The notes beneath the pieces were generated by a model that worked only from the letters and a program-made list of their open reading frames with translations, ran no database searches and was not told where the DNA came from. Shown one piece after another: positions 63,733 to 64,000 of a DNA stretch of 64,000 bases (position 1 is the stretch's first letter; each line of letters opens with the position of its first letter). This stretch comes from Chiloscyllium plagiosum (taxonomy: Eukaryota): positions 104,162,342-104,226,341 of the forward strand of contig NC_057718.1 of NCBI RefSeq assembly GCF_004010195.1. The letters run 5' to 3'. The position numbers and the translations under genes are program-made.

Positions 63733-63940
63733 CAGTCAGCTCTTCTATAATGTGATGGTTGTGTTCTTATTCAACCCCACATTCTAGAAAAATCACGCTT
63801 TAGAAACAGCGCTTAAAGTGTTGGTACTGTATTCGCGTTATGGCCAACACCCGTTTCATAAGTTTGCACTTTAGAAAGCGCACCCCCAATTTGTCAGTGG
63901 ATTCGCGTTGACAAAATGCATGTCATAACAGAATGACCTA
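63733..63940. mobile_element. Tc1/mariner-type MITE (same family as 35435)
   Basis: TA-cag..tataat ... cataacagaatgaccta; shared internal ccaa(t/c)acacgttt..aagttt..tttagaaa. Confidence 0.6.
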
Positions 63941-64000
63941 ACAGACAATGCCCTTGGCATACCATCGCCACCCCTGGGTAAGTCCTGCTCAACTGGTAAG

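Overview
Repeat-dense, apparently non-genic (intronic or intergenic) vertebrate DNA, most likely from a shark. That is an inference from HE1/V-SINEs plus CR1, L2, Rex1, L1, Penelope and Gypsy remnants. I recognise no host protein-coding gene; long ORFs come from tandem repeats or retroelement fragments. The main signal is about 20 Penelope-like element (PLE) terminal-repeat copies from at least three families that carry minimal type I hammerhead ribozyme cores (CUGANGA-stem II-GAAA-short palindrome-UH). Many copies are short, flanked by 10-17 bp target-site duplications (TSDs), and some are fold-back inverted. One insertion (19913-20465) has captured an inverted ~375 bp copy of nearby DNA. A second local inverted duplication, two decayed Gypsy relics missed by the ORF track, an LF-SINE-like element, a 46-bp satellite with higher-order structure next to telomere-like repeats, and one structured non-repetitive island (26.4-27.2 kb) are also present. 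Family names come from recalled consensus motifs, not database searches, and boundaries are approximate.
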